Assembly (NCBI GenBank): GCA_963815195.1
Contig: CAWFGE010000023.1
Location: 416,001 to 480,000 of the forward strand
Source of the DNA: an uncultured Planctomycetaceae bacterium
GTDB lineage: Bacteria; Planctomycetota; Planctomycetia; Planctomycetales; Planctomycetaceae
Length of the DNA stretch: 64,000 nucleotides
Reading direction: 5' to 3'
The first letter of the stretch is position 1. The number at the start of each line of letters is the position of its first letter. The translations under genes and the position numbers were made by a program. The notes beneath the pieces were generated by a model. The model saw only the letters and a program-made list of their open reading frames with translations. It ran no database searches and was not told where the DNA came from. Shown one piece after another: positions 50,047 through 61,078 of the stretch.

Positions 50047-53000
50047 CTACTCGGGAGCCATCGCCGCTTCGAGGTCTTCCCGCGTGTGCGACAGATCGCC
50101 TGGGACGGAATCACCCGCCAATTCGATGGCCCGGATGGCGGATTGGAACACCGGGTGGAGGTAGTGCTGGCGGATTTGCGGATTCCCACGCCGGGCGGCT
50201 TCCGTAAACAACAGCAGCCGCTTCGCGAGGATATCCAGTTCCGCCTCATCCGTGAGCGTCCCGGAATCGAAGACCTGTTTGATGACCAGGAGCAAGACTT
50301 CAATGTTCGTGCGGTTGACCTGCTCGGGCTTGATTTTGGCGATGACGCGATTGAGTTCCTCCCAAGCCTGGGCATCGTAGGTGTTGTCGGCTTTTCGGGA
50401 TAAGAGGGCCTGGACGGCTTTCTTCTCGATCTCGAACACCTTTTGCTGCTTCTGGAAGGTTTCCCGGGCGCTCGCCATTTTTTTCTCGAAGTCGGCTTCC
50501 AACGCGTTCGCCTGCGCGAGCCAGTGTTTGGGCGAGTTGGGGTCTTTTTCGGGGAGCGCATCGTCTTTGGGGCCGGCGAGCGCGAGCGCCAAGCTTTTCT
50601 TGTAATACAGCCGGGCCAGGTAGAACCACAAGGTTGCGCTGTTTTTAAAGCCTTGAAGCTCGGCTTGGGCGGCGGCTTCTCCCAGCGCCTCTGCGCTCGC
50701 TCGTAATTGGGCGGATCGCCGAAGAGGTACACGTCCGCCTGGCGTTCGTAGATGTTGGGCAGCCGGCTGCGGGCCTCGGCTTCTCTGCCGGAGAACCGCT
50801 CGCCGTCGTTGTCGTGCTCGATCGATTGGATCAAATCCTTATAGATCGCCAGCGCCACGGGCGGTTTATCGGCGGGATCGGTGCCGCCCCGCCCCTGGAA
50901 GTGGAGTGCCATCGCGGTGCCTTGCTTGTTGAACAGTATCGGCCGCCAGGCGAAGTCGTTCCCCTGTTTCCGGTTGGCCGCGCGGATCTTGGTCGCCTTC
51001 TCGAAGGAGTCGATCGCTTCCTGCATCTGCCAGCCGTCCACGCGGAGCCAGGCCTGCCGTTCCAGCATCTCCGCTTGGAGCGGGTGGCCCGTCGCGAGGT
51101 TCATCCGCTTCGCCCAAGCTTCGGCCGCATCGTCGCCGACGTGAAGCTGCTCGAAGGCCCGGTCCAGGTTTTCCAATTTCCGGTATTGGTCGGCCATCTG
51201 GCAATGCAAGCTGATTTGGAACAGCCCCGCTTCGGGAACCGCCGTTGCGGCCTCCTGGGCCCGGAGAATGCTTTTGGAATACTCCCGGCGATCGCCCAAA
51301 AACCGGCTGAAGTCCGACCGGGCCAAGGCCCCGAGCACCTTCTCCACCGGATCGGACTCGTCGTAGCTGTCGATGGCGGCTTCGTAGAGCTGCTCGGTGC
51401 GGACCGCGTGCTCGCTGTTGTTCGCGCAGAGATGATGCAGAATGCCCGCAAACAAATGCAGTTCGGTCGGTGACCAGTCGGCCTTCAATGCCTCGTCGTC
51501 CGCCTGGGACGAATCGCCGCCGAACGGCGGAAGGATTTTCAGCAAGTCCTCATCGTAGGAGGAGTGGGTTCGGTCGACAATCAGCACCAGCCCGGCATAA
51601 GAGCGTTCGCGCTCGGGGAGCCGGGATTCCAATTCCTGCGCGACGGTTTCCAGATCGTTCTGCACGGATTGAGTGTCGGCCGAGTTCAGGCGGGATTTGA
51701 AGTCTTCGAGCGAAATCCCGCCGATCTCGGTTTCGCCGCTGCGGATCGCCTGCATGAGCGCTTTGCGAAACCCTGGTCCGAACCACGGCGTTTCCTCGAA
51801 CCACCAATCGCCGTTGAGTCCCGGAAGCGCCCCCACCTGCGCGGCGAAGACCGGGTCTTGAGCGGGGCGGAACATCAGCCACATGGCCGACAAAAACACG
51901 ACCGCCAACACTCCGAGCGAAGCCTGCCATTTGCGGGACTTGAACCACGCCGGCCGCGGCGGTTGAATTTGGGAGTCGGAATCGATGTCGGTCGAGGATT
52001 CGTGCGGCCGGCGGGTTTTTTCGCCGCTGCCGTTTTCCGCCGGGGCGAACTCCTCGCGGAGTGGATCCGCATGCCCGCTGCCCAACAGGTCGTTGCTCGA
52101 AACATTCACGGTGGGCACCGGGGCGTGGCTGAAGGCCGTGCTCGTGACCGTGACTTTGGGAGCCGGGGTGTCGGCGTACCGCGGGACGTCCGTATGATCC
52201 GAAAGCGGCCCGAGGGCGTCGACGACTTCGTGCGGCGACGCGAACCGCTCCTTGAGCGCCTTCGCCATCATGCGGTCGATGATCGGCTGGAGTTTTTCGC
52301 CGTGCTCGTGCTCCACGCGCGGCACCGGCCCCAAGCGGTGGGCTTCCTGCTTCTTCAGCCAGTGCGTGTAGCTTTCGCCCCCATAGGGCGGCGTGCCGGT
52401 GACCAGGTAATACAGCGTGCAGCCCAGGCTGTAGATGTCAGACTGGATCGTGGCCCCCATCGGGTCTTCCCATTGCTCGGGGGCCATGAAGTCGATCGTG
52501 CCCATCACGCTGCCGCGCTTTGTCAGCCGCGACGCATTGGCCTCGGCTTGGAGCCGGGCGAGTCCGAAATCGAGAATCTTCACCGAGCCGGTTTGGTCGA
52601 TCATCAAGTTCGAAGGCTTGATGTCGCGGTGCACCAGGAAATGCTCGTGGGCGTGCTGCAAGCCTTCCGCGGCCTGCCGGATCAACTCGCACGCGACGCC
52701 CAGACGGCAGCCGTTCGTGGTGTTTGACCAGATGATCGAGATTGACGCCGTCGACGTATTCCATCACGAGATACAAGACGCCGTGCTCGCGGTTGGCTTC
52801 GTGAGCCCGCACGATGTTGGGATGGTTCAGCCGGCCCGCGAGTTCGATCTCCATCGAAAAGCGGTTGATGTCGTCCTCGTCGAAATCGCTCGGCAGGACC
52901 TTGATGGCCCGGTACTGTTTGAAAAGCTCGTGCCAGGCTTTATAAACCACGCCCATCCCGCCCCGGCCGCAGGCTTCGATGATCTCGTAAGGACCGATCC

Positions 53001-53424
53001 GCATCCGTCCCGCGGGCGTTTGGTTTTGCAAGTGCGCCGGCGAGGAACCGGACGAAGACTTCGCGGTGGGCGAAGGCGTGTGCTGCGTTTCGCCGGGCCG
53101 CGGCTCGTCCGGCTTCCGCCGGCGGACGCTCACCACCAACTCGGCGACGGCGGATGCGTGCTCCGGAAAGCGGAGCGTGTATTCCTCCGCCGTGAACGAG
53201 TCCCCCGCCTTCGCCCGGTAATCCAGTTCCAGCCCCAAGAGTTCTTCGAGCAGCCGGTCGCGATGATCCGCGGACACTTGGGACAGGGAGGTTTCGATTT
53301 TGGGCGATTCGCCGGCTTTGAGGAGGCTTTCAAAGGCCTCGCAAATGCGGTCGATGCGCACGCCGAGCGAGACCTCCGACGATGAAGGTATGGCGGGATG
53401 TCTGTCTTGCCCGTTGTCGTTCAC
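50047..53424 (-). CDS. Hanks-type Ser/Thr kinase with TM and TPR-like extracytoplasmic region, frameshifts near 52705 and 50695
   Basis: GRGGMGVVY, AIKVL, HRDIKPSN, DFG, GTIDFMAPE; GTG start overlaps the ECF stop (GTGA). Confidence 0.9.
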
Positions 53425-54104
53425 TCCGCTTCCTCCGAGGCGGCTTTGTCGTCTTGATCGAATCCAGGGTTCCCCCATTCCACGAAACCCAATTCTTTTG
53501 CCCATTTGTCGCGAATCAATCGTAGTTTGCGTTCCACCGTGCGGGGCACGCATTCGAGGAAATCGGCGATCTCGTCGTTGGTGTAGCCCTCCAGCTTGTA
53601 CCGCGCGACCGCCACCAGCGACTCATCGTCCAAAACTTTGAACAATTGCTCCAAACCCTCGGCGGCGAGCGCGGCGAGTTCCGGCGTGGGCTCGTGGCCC
53701 AGCACCTGCCCGATGCCGCCCAGGTCGGCCTCGTCTTTCCCGGGTTTCAGAAAAATCGATTCCCCGCGGACCTGACCCTCGCCGCGTTTTTTCGCTTTTT
53801 GCCGCTTAAGCTCCGCATAGGCTTTACGGACGGTAATCGTCACCAGCAGCTTCCACAACTCCTGGCGGTCGCCCAGGCAGAACTGCCCGTCGGCGGCCCG
53901 TTTGTAAAAACTGTTCATGGCGGACAGGGCGACATCTTCCTCGTCCGCGGCCCGGCGGTTGATGCCGATTTGATCGAACTTCCGGCGGGCCAGACGCACC
54001 AAGCGGTCGAAATATTGCTCCCAAAGCAGATGAGCGGCGCGCTCGTCGCCTCCGCTGAGCTTTTCGATCCAAACCGTGACCTCGTCCGAACCCGGTCCAT
54101 CCAT
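53421..54104 (-). CDS. ECF-type sigma factor, kinase-associated planctomycete type
   Basis: LWEQYFDRLVRLAR, DEEDVALSA, LWKLLVTIT, GYTNDEIA...RTVERKL. Confidence 0.9.
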   Translation of the reverse strand: MDGPGSDEVTVWIEKLSGGDERAAHLLWEQYFDRLVRLARRKFDQIGINRRAADEEDVALSAMNSFYKRAADGQFCLGDRQELWKLLVTITVRKAYAELKRQKAKKRGEGQVRGESIFLKPGKDEADLGGIGQVLGHEPTPELAALAAEGLEQLFKVLDDESLVAVARYKLEGYTNDEIADFLECVPRTVERKLRLIRDKWAKELGFVEWGNPGFDQDDKAASEEAE

Positions 54105-54428
54105 TTCCGCTGCTGCCCCCAGAATTTCCCGAACCGCAAATCGGTTCCTTGCCCGATGTTTCCATTCTAGGGACAACCGAAACCCCGTTCAAATGGTTTT
54201 TTTCATCGGAACGCCTCTATATCAGACCATCGTCAAATCGTTTCACCCGCCCGGCACATCTTCCTCGCCCTCAGCGAGATCGCTTTTTCCCGCACAACCC
54301 GGACAGCCTGCCTAACCCGCCGCTTCGCCGCCGTGAGCGGCCGGGCGCTCGCCGCCGGTCTTAATTTTGAGTCATTCCTCTTCATCACGACCCGAGTTTA
54401 GAGCCGCGCCACAGCAAAAACGTCTCTC

Positions 54429-54713
54429 TCAACGTCTTGGGGGCTTCAACTGCGGGAATTGGTCGTGAAAGCGGAATCGTTCCCACCAACTCGGACGGCG
54501 GACGCATGGGTTGCTGTTGTGCGTGACGTGCATTTCGCCGGCGTGCGTCAGGAGGACCAGCGTGCCCCGGTTTCCGGATTCCATGACGGTCATGTAGTGG
54601 CAGATGATGGAAGAATCGTCATCGTCTCCCACAGGAGCCCCGCCTTGGGCAGCATTGGCGTTTGGCCTCGTTTCTTCATAAATGACCGGATCGCCCGTGG
54701 AAAACCTGCGCAT
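54429..54713 (-). CDS. Small conserved hypothetical protein
   Basis: GDPVIY...LLTHAGEMH...RRPSWWERFRF..QFP, similar to a planctomycete hypothetical family. Confidence 0.55.
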   Translation of the reverse strand: MRRFSTGDPVIYEETRPNANAAQGGAPVGDDDDSSIICHYMTVMESGNRGTLVLLTHAGEMHVTHNSNPCVRRPSWWERFRFHDQFPQLKPPRR

Positions 54714-54852
54714 GCTCGTGGTCTCTGTGAGTTAAAGAGAATTCTTTACGGCAAGTGCAATTGAGGATGGGAAGGGGTTTGTGTTTTGCGTCCTGCGCTT
54801 GCTGTCCAATAAGAAGATGGCGGTTTGCCGGTTTGCGCGGACAAAGAAATCA

Positions 54853-54936
54853 GGCGAGCGGGAGGTGTCAGCCTCCTGGTGACTCCGGCGAACCCAAAGC
54901 TCAAGGAAACGAGGAGGCTGACGCCTCCCGCTCGCC
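54853..54936. repeat. REP doublet (family C)
   Basis: ggcgagcgggaggtgtcagcctcct / aggaggctgacgcctcccgctcgcc near-perfect IR. Confidence 0.8.
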
Positions 54937-54959
54937 TTGATCCTCGCTTCGCGCCGAAA

Positions 54960-56210
54960 TTAAGACAGGCCGGAATCGTCGAGGTTGGGAAGGTTGCCGT
55001 TGTCCCAATCGTTTTCGAGCGAGAACACCGAATCGCCTCCGGTCAGGTCTTCGCCGGTGCGGTTGAGGACGGCGGGGCAGACCACGGGCGATTTCTTGAC
55101 TTCGATGGTGAGCGTCGGCCATTCCTCGGCGGGAGTCATGAGTTCGATCCCCCGCTCGCTGAGCAGCACCGAATCCCCCAACACCGCCGGCCCCACGGAG
55201 GGATGCCAATAGAGTGCCATATGGGAATCGAGCCGGAACGTGCCGCCCGGCACCAGGGGGACTTCCGCCGGGCTGTAGCCGATGACCTCGGCCTGCGAAG
55301 CCAACTGCCATTCGCTGGCGTGGCCGAACTTCTCATAAATCCGAGCCACCCGCTCCCAGACGTCTTTGAGTTCCCAACCCGGCAGGGAGAAGTGCATGCC
55401 GGTGGCGTGAATCAGCGCGGCCGTCTGGTGGGCGGTTTGAATTTCCGCCGGGATCGAATCGAAGCACACGGTGCGCGAGGCCCCCACGCAAATTCCCCAC
55501 CGCCGGCCGATCGCGGAAATCGCGCAGGTGCGGTCGATCGGACGCCCGTCGAACGACCAATGCCGATACCGACCGCGCCGGCCTTCCGCGACCACCTGGA
55601 TCAATTCGGGGATGATGCGGTGCTTCATCATGCGGTGCGCGACTTCGGCGGCGACTTCCGCTTCGGTCGCTCCGCGGGGAAACCGCCGGGCGGTGGCTTC
55701 GACGGCATGCGCGACCGCTTTGCCCATCTCCCGCATCCGCGCGCATTCCAGTTCGGTCAGCGGCAGCCGGAGCTCCGCGAGTTCAGAAGAGACGTCGGTC
55801 ACCCCCGCCAGCGGAAAATCGCCCGCGACGTTTCGGCCGCGGACAATGTCTCCCATCAACTGCTGCCGGGGCTGATGCCAGGGCCGTTCCTTGAGTTGAA
55901 ACCCCAGGCCCGGCAATTCGTGATCGAACAACAGCGGCGAGTTGACGTTGTCCGTCACCAGCACCCGCGCGTCGGGCGTGATGAAAATCGCCGCCGCGCT
56001 TTGCGAGGAACCGCCCCGCGAGTTGTCGCCGCCCGCCGTAAACCAGGCGAAGTTCGCCGGCTGTTGGAGCAGAAGGGCATCGTAGCCGGTCCGCTCCAGA
56101 AACTCCGCCACAATCCGTTGCTTGGCGTCGACATCGCCCGCGCGGTCGGGATTCCGCCGCGCCGGGATCTCGGCTTCGGATTTGGAATGAGTCAGCGAAA
56201 CGGTTGACAT
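54960..56210 (-). CDS. M24 (creatinase/aminopeptidase P-like) fold protein
   Basis: ALLLQQPANFAWFTAGG N-domain, LRLPLTELE, GATEAEVAA, ASRTVCF. Confidence 0.8.
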   Translation of the reverse strand: MSTVSLTHSKSEAEIPARRNPDRAGDVDAKQRIVAEFLERTGYDALLLQQPANFAWFTAGGDNSRGGSSQSAAAIFITPDARVLVTDNVNSPLLFDHELPGLGFQLKERPWHQPRQQLMGDIVRGRNVAGDFPLAGVTDVSSELAELRLPLTELECARMREMGKAVAHAVEATARRFPRGATEAEVAAEVAHRMMKHRIIPELIQVVAEGRRGRYRHWSFDGRPIDRTCAISAIGRRWGICVGASRTVCFDSIPAEIQTAHQTAALIHATGMHFSLPGWELKDVWERVARIYEKFGHASEWQLASQAEVIGYSPAEVPLVPGGTFRLDSHMALYWHPSVGPAVLGDSVLLSERGIELMTPAEEWPTLTIEVKKSPVVCPAVLNRTGEDLTGGDSVFSLENDWDNGNLPNLDDSGLS

Positions 56211-56372
56211 GAGCAATCCTCGATGGTGGCCCGACGGTCAGCAATAAAGGAACTCCGGAAACCAAGCGTTCTCTTGTGAGACAATAACCGTCGCACTACT
56301 TTAAGTTTACCACGCCGCCCACCACAACCAAGCACTTCCGTCAAAAACTTTCGCGCCCAAGGGACCCTCCCA

Positions 56373-56862
56373 ATGGCCCGGCAGGAATCCGACCGCGAAG
56401 ATCTGATGCGCGAAGCGAAAGCTCTCGCGCCGCGCGGAATTCCTATGCCCCGGCGAAGCGGAACTCGTCGTCGCCGGTTTTTTCCGAGATGGCCGGTTGG
56501 CGATTTATTTCGGCCCCGATCCTGTCTTTCAATTCGATAACGGGCAGCGGCTCCGGCGGGCGTATGTCGCGGGTTCTCTGTATCGCACCCAGGGAGAAAC
56601 CCTGGCCCGGTTGGTCCGAAAGCGCTCCCAGGACCAAACCCTGCTCCTCCGCCACGACTTGGACCCCGCCGAATTGGAAGCCTTTCGCACCTCCGCAGTC
56701 AAACGCCTCGTTGGGCTGCGAAACGCCCTCGCCGAGAACACCGTCAAAGTCACGGCGCAAATTCCGGAAGAGGAAAACTTTCTGCCGGATTTGAGGCAGG
56801 CTCTGACGGCCGTCTTGGAGCACAATCTCCCGCTCGCCCCACGCATCCCCGGCAAACGCTGA
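56373..56862 (+). CDS. Conserved hypothetical protein, frameshift near 56430
   Basis: MARQESDREDLMREAKAL... joins ...VVAGFFRDGRLAIYFGPDPVFQFD...LRRAYV. Confidence 0.7.
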
Positions 56863-56889
56863 GCATTTTTTTCTTAAACGGGATCCTTC

Positions 56890-57035
56890 ATTAGCCGCAG
56901 GACGCTAGCCCCGGTTCGGCCCGAAAACCGGACCTTGTCGCGTTCAATGCTAACCTTACTCTTGCGCACCGCATCCTCCGGAACGCGCCTGCGTCCAGTT
57001 CGCTCCGCGAAAACCGGGGCTACGCCCGGCGGCTA
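56890..57035. repeat. REP doublet (family B)
   Basis: attagccgcaggacgctagccccggtt (56890-56916) and aaccggggctacgcccggcggcta (57012-57035). Confidence 0.75.
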
Positions 57036-57249
57036 GTTTTTTCAACCCGAGAAATCATGCGCTGGCGCGTTCGGGCTGATTGCCTCCCATTGTTGTTTTT
57101 TGGGAAAAGTTGGGAAAAGCGCTGTTGACTGTATGGGCGTTTTGTTAAGCTATAAATTCTCTGTACCCGTTTCACATTTTCCTGACCGCTATCCATCGTC
57201 TCGGCTCTGAGACTCCGTACTTCCTGCGCTCCATGAGGAGATTTGACCC

Positions 57250-57723
57250 ATGGCACCGAAACCCGTTCTGGCCAAAAACATCATGGTCACGAAACTCGTG
57301 ACGCTTTCGCCGGACATGGATGCGTTTGAAGCGATCGACCTCCTCCTCAAGTACCGCATTTCCGGAGCCCCGGTGGTCGATTCGGAGCGGAACTACCTCG
57401 GCGTGTTTTCCGAACGCTGTTGCATGAGCTTTCTGGTGGAGGGGGCCTATCAACAGTTGCCCTCGATCCAGGTTTATGCCTACATGGACACCGAGGCGTT
57501 GACCATCGACGAGGACATGGACCTGTTGAGCATCGCGCAGATTTTCATCAACACCCACGCCCGCCGGCTGCCCGTGCTCAGGGAGGGAAAACTCGTCGGC
57601 CAAATCAGCCGCCGGGATGTGCTGAGCGCGATTCATGCGATGTGCGCGTTCGCGAGCAACGAAGAGTCCGCGCTGTTGTATCTGAGTTCCCTCGTCGAAC
57701 GCCACGAAGCTCCGATCGCCTAG
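57250..57723 (+). CDS. CBS domain pair protein
   Basis: ISGAPVVD...GVFSE, RRLPVLREGKLVGQISRRDVL; GAGGAG RBS. Confidence 0.9.
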   Translation: MAPKPVLAKNIMVTKLVTLSPDMDAFEAIDLLLKYRISGAPVVDSERNYLGVFSERCCMSFLVEGAYQQLPSIQVYAYMDTEALTIDEDMDLLSIAQIFINTHARRLPVLREGKLVGQISRRDVLSAIHAMCAFASNEESALLYLSSLVERHEAPIA

Positions 57724-57752
57724 CCAGGAAAGTCGGCGACTGAAAACCGCTC

Positions 57753-60744
57753 CTATGTCACGGCGGGTTCATTTCGCGCGCGGAGGGCGGCGTAGAGGAA
57801 CTCGTCGATCGCTCCTTTCCAGAGTTCGTTGATATTGTTCGCCGTCACCCCAGTGCGGGCGTCGCGGACCGAAGGCCTGGGCCGCAGCGTGTATTTGCGG
57901 ATGATGTCTTCCACCTGCACGGCTTCCTGCGATTCGGGATCCTCGCCGCCGGCCTCGAGCATTTGCCGATAGGCGAGTTCCGAATGCAATAAGTCTTCCA
58001 CGAGCGGGGCGGCCTCTTCGGGAGAAAGATCGCTCGTCGCCGAGATGCTGGTGGCGGACGGGCGGTGCGTGGCCGTCACCTTGGATCGGTAGCGTTTGCA
58101 CCGGAGACCCCGGCCGTGCGTTTTTTGCTTTTCGAGGGAAACCTCGGACGGCGGGATGTCCGAATCGTCGCTGTCGGCCACCGGCAGCACCCGGACTTTG
58201 ACGAACTTCGACTTCTTCGCGTGCTTGGGCGTCCGCCCGTAAACCATCTCATGCATCCCCGCTTCGCCGCGGAGCATCCCGAAGATCGCCACGCCTTCGA
58301 CCAACAGCGTCAGCTGCCGCGTCTGCTTGGGCGAGAAGAGTTCCTCATCGATAATCTTCGCCTCGAAACCTTTGAGCTGCGCCCAATGGATGTACATGTC
58401 AGCGACGTTTCCCACGAGATCGTCCGGGGCATCGTCATCGACGGTCGAAATCGCCACGAACGCATCGCTGCGGTCCAGTTCGCTTTGACACTCCAGGCTG
58501 AACCGCACGAGGTCGGCGTGCTGTTGGCTGTGGGCCGCCTTCTCCGCGACGGCCGCGAGCTTGTCTGCGTCGCCTTGGCTCTTCGCCGACTCAAACTGCC
58601 GCACCAATTCCTCCGTGCGCTTCCGCACGCGGGCGACGGCTTCGAGCAGGCGTTCCAGCCGATAGATTTCCCCCAGCACGTCGCGGGCTGCTTCGGGATC
58701 GTCCCAGAAATCGACCTCGGTCGTCCGATGCAAGAGGTCGGTCTTTTGCTGCTCGAGCTTGCGGTCGGCACATTGCTGCTCCAGGTTCGCGATCGCGGTT
58801 TGCAGGAGGGTGATGCGTTCTTCGATCTGGCCGGGCTTGAGCTTGCTCTTGGTGCCGTGGATCGGATCGACGACCTGCACGCCCTTGGCGATGGATTCCT
58901 GTTTTCGGCTCAGGCGGTCCTGCACGATCCGCACCGTGATCCCGTTCCCCGCCGGCAACAAACGCAACAGCGACTGCCGGTTTTCGCCGGTCATATGCAC
59001 AATCTGCCGGGCGATGGGCAGGAGCGCAAATTTCTCGACGGCCCGCTTTAAGGGTCTGGCTCCATAGATCGGACTGAAACCTTCGCGGACGAGAATGTCG
59101 ATCACGCCGGGGTCCACATCGACCCGCAATTCCCGCCGGGTGATGCCGCTGCGGAGAAGCACCTGCCCCAGTTCCCGCTGGGCCAGAATCCGCACGTGCT
59201 CGCGCTCCAAAGGCCTGAAGGAAACAATGCGGTCGATGCGGTTCAAAAACTCCGGCCGGAAGAAACTTTCCATCGCCCGCACCGATTCCTCCTGCAGGCT
59301 GTTTTCGGGCGGCGTATGGAAGCCCAGGGGCGGAGCATCGATCAAATCGCTGCCCAGGTTCGAGGTCATAATGATGATCGTCTGCGTGAAGTTCGTGGTC
59401 CGGCCCGCGGGATCGGACAGCCGCCCGTCGTCGAACACCTGCAAAAGAAGATCGAAAATATTGCTATGGGCTTTTTCGATCTCATCCAACAGGATCACCG
59501 AGAACGGTTGCTGGCGAACCCGGCTGAGCAGGCTGCCCATGTGGAGCGGCGAATCCGCCCGCGCCGGGGCTGCCGATGAATTTCTCGAACGAGTGAAAAT
59601 CTTTGAACTCGGACATGTCGAAGCGGATCATGCGGTCGCTCGAGCCGAAGATGAACTCCGCGAGCGCTTTCGCGAGTTCCGTCTTCCCCACGCCCGTCGG
59701 CCCGACGAAAAACAGCACGCCCATTGGCTTTTCGGGATCGGTCAGGCCGGCTTTGATGAGCGTGATCAAATCGATCACCGATTCCACCGCCTGCGGCTGG
59801 CCGATGACTCGCGACTCGAAAAACTGTCGGACCTCGGGGAGCTTGAGCGGTTGCGAATCGTCCAACAACCGTCCCGGAATGCCGGTGAAGGATTCCAGCG
59901 TCTGCACCACGTCTTCGTGCTGGATTTCCGTCTCGAATTCCGCCGGCAGCCGTTCTCCGTTGGTGGCGGCGGCGGTGTGGTTCAATTTCAAATTGACGAG
60001 TTGCTCGAGGAGTTTGATCGCTCCGCCGGGCGCAGCGAGGCCGGGGAAATAGAGTTCGCCGAAGTCCAGAATCGCGGTCAGCGTGTTTTCCGGGAAGATC
60101 AGCTTGCGGCCGGATTCCAACAGGGCCCGCTCGGCGATGGCGTCGGCGGAGCGGCGAACGATCTGGCGGACGTCCTGCTCGGACGGTTCCTCGATGCGGA
60201 ACACCGTGAAGAGCTTGTTGAACGAAGGATGGCGTTCGATCCCGCTGCGGAAGGAATCCGGCGTGCATTCGCCGATCAGCGTCACGTCGCCGTTCTCGAC
60301 GAACGACGCCAGGAACGCGGCCATGTTCTCGTCCGACTTGGAATGCTTCCCCGCGTCGGGGAGTTGATGGATGTCGGTGAAATACACGGCGATCGACAAC
60401 GGCCGCTGGGCGAAGCCGGCCAGTTCCTGCACGCGGGTCTGCCATTCGCCGATGTACGAGGTGCCGGCCATCAACATGGAGGTCGAGGTCTCGAGCACGA
60501 GCCAGGGTTTTCGTTCCCGCTGAGCGACCCGGCGGAAGAGTTCGTACAAGATGGCCGACTTCCCGCCACCCGATGGGCCGACCAATAAAAACGAATTGTG
60601 CTTGGCGTGGTCGAGGTGGCGTTCGAGGAGTTCAAGCTCCGCATCGCGAAAATAAGCCCGCGGCCCGCGCGAATCCTGCAAACGGGTCGAGAGCACGTTT
60701 CCATAAGGTTCCAGCGTGCGGATCAGATCGGGATCGAAAGACAT
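57753..60744 (-). CDS. Clp/Hsp100 double-AAA ATPase fused to a release-factor-2-like (PCRF + RF-1) domain lacking GGQ; frameshift near 59560
   Basis: NBD1 GPSGGGKS; NBD2 GPTGVGKTELAKALA, FDMSEF, LLDEIEKAH, FRPEFLNRID, YGARPLKR; C-terminal DFWDDP, MYIHWA..KGF, GEAGMH, IRKYTL.P...VRDARTG. Confidence 0.85.
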
Positions 60745-60910
60745 GGCGGGAAGAGTCAAGGGGCAAAGGCCACAGAGGAGCAAAGACCACAAAGTGACAA
60801 ACGGGAAGCGATCGAACAACACCGAATGAGTATATCACATCGAATGTTTGGCCGCGTGTCATTGCAAAAACCGCCCAACCGCGGAGAATGGCAGAAATTG
60901 CCCCCTTAAC

Positions 60911-61078
60911 TACTCAAACTCAGGGGGGGTGAGGGTGGCTGGGGCGCACAGGAAGGGATCAAGCGAAAAACGCGTTTCGAACGCTGGGGCCATGGGAGTG
61001 ATTTCTCTCGCCTCCATAGCCCCAGGATTCGCTGGCCTCACTTTATCCCGAGAGAAATCTGCGCCCCAGCCACCCAGT
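60911..61078 (-). mobile_element. MITE-like element, copy 3 (diverged, reverse orientation), between 32/33-bp direct repeats
   Basis: Matches reverse complement of the copy 1 interior; direct repeats at 60880-60911 and 61079-61111. Confidence 0.7.

Noticed and set aside
59540..59580. prfB-style programmed frameshift in the Clp-RF gene
   Set aside because: There is no CTT-TGA slippery site, the shift lies inside NBD2, and many other genes show similar indels
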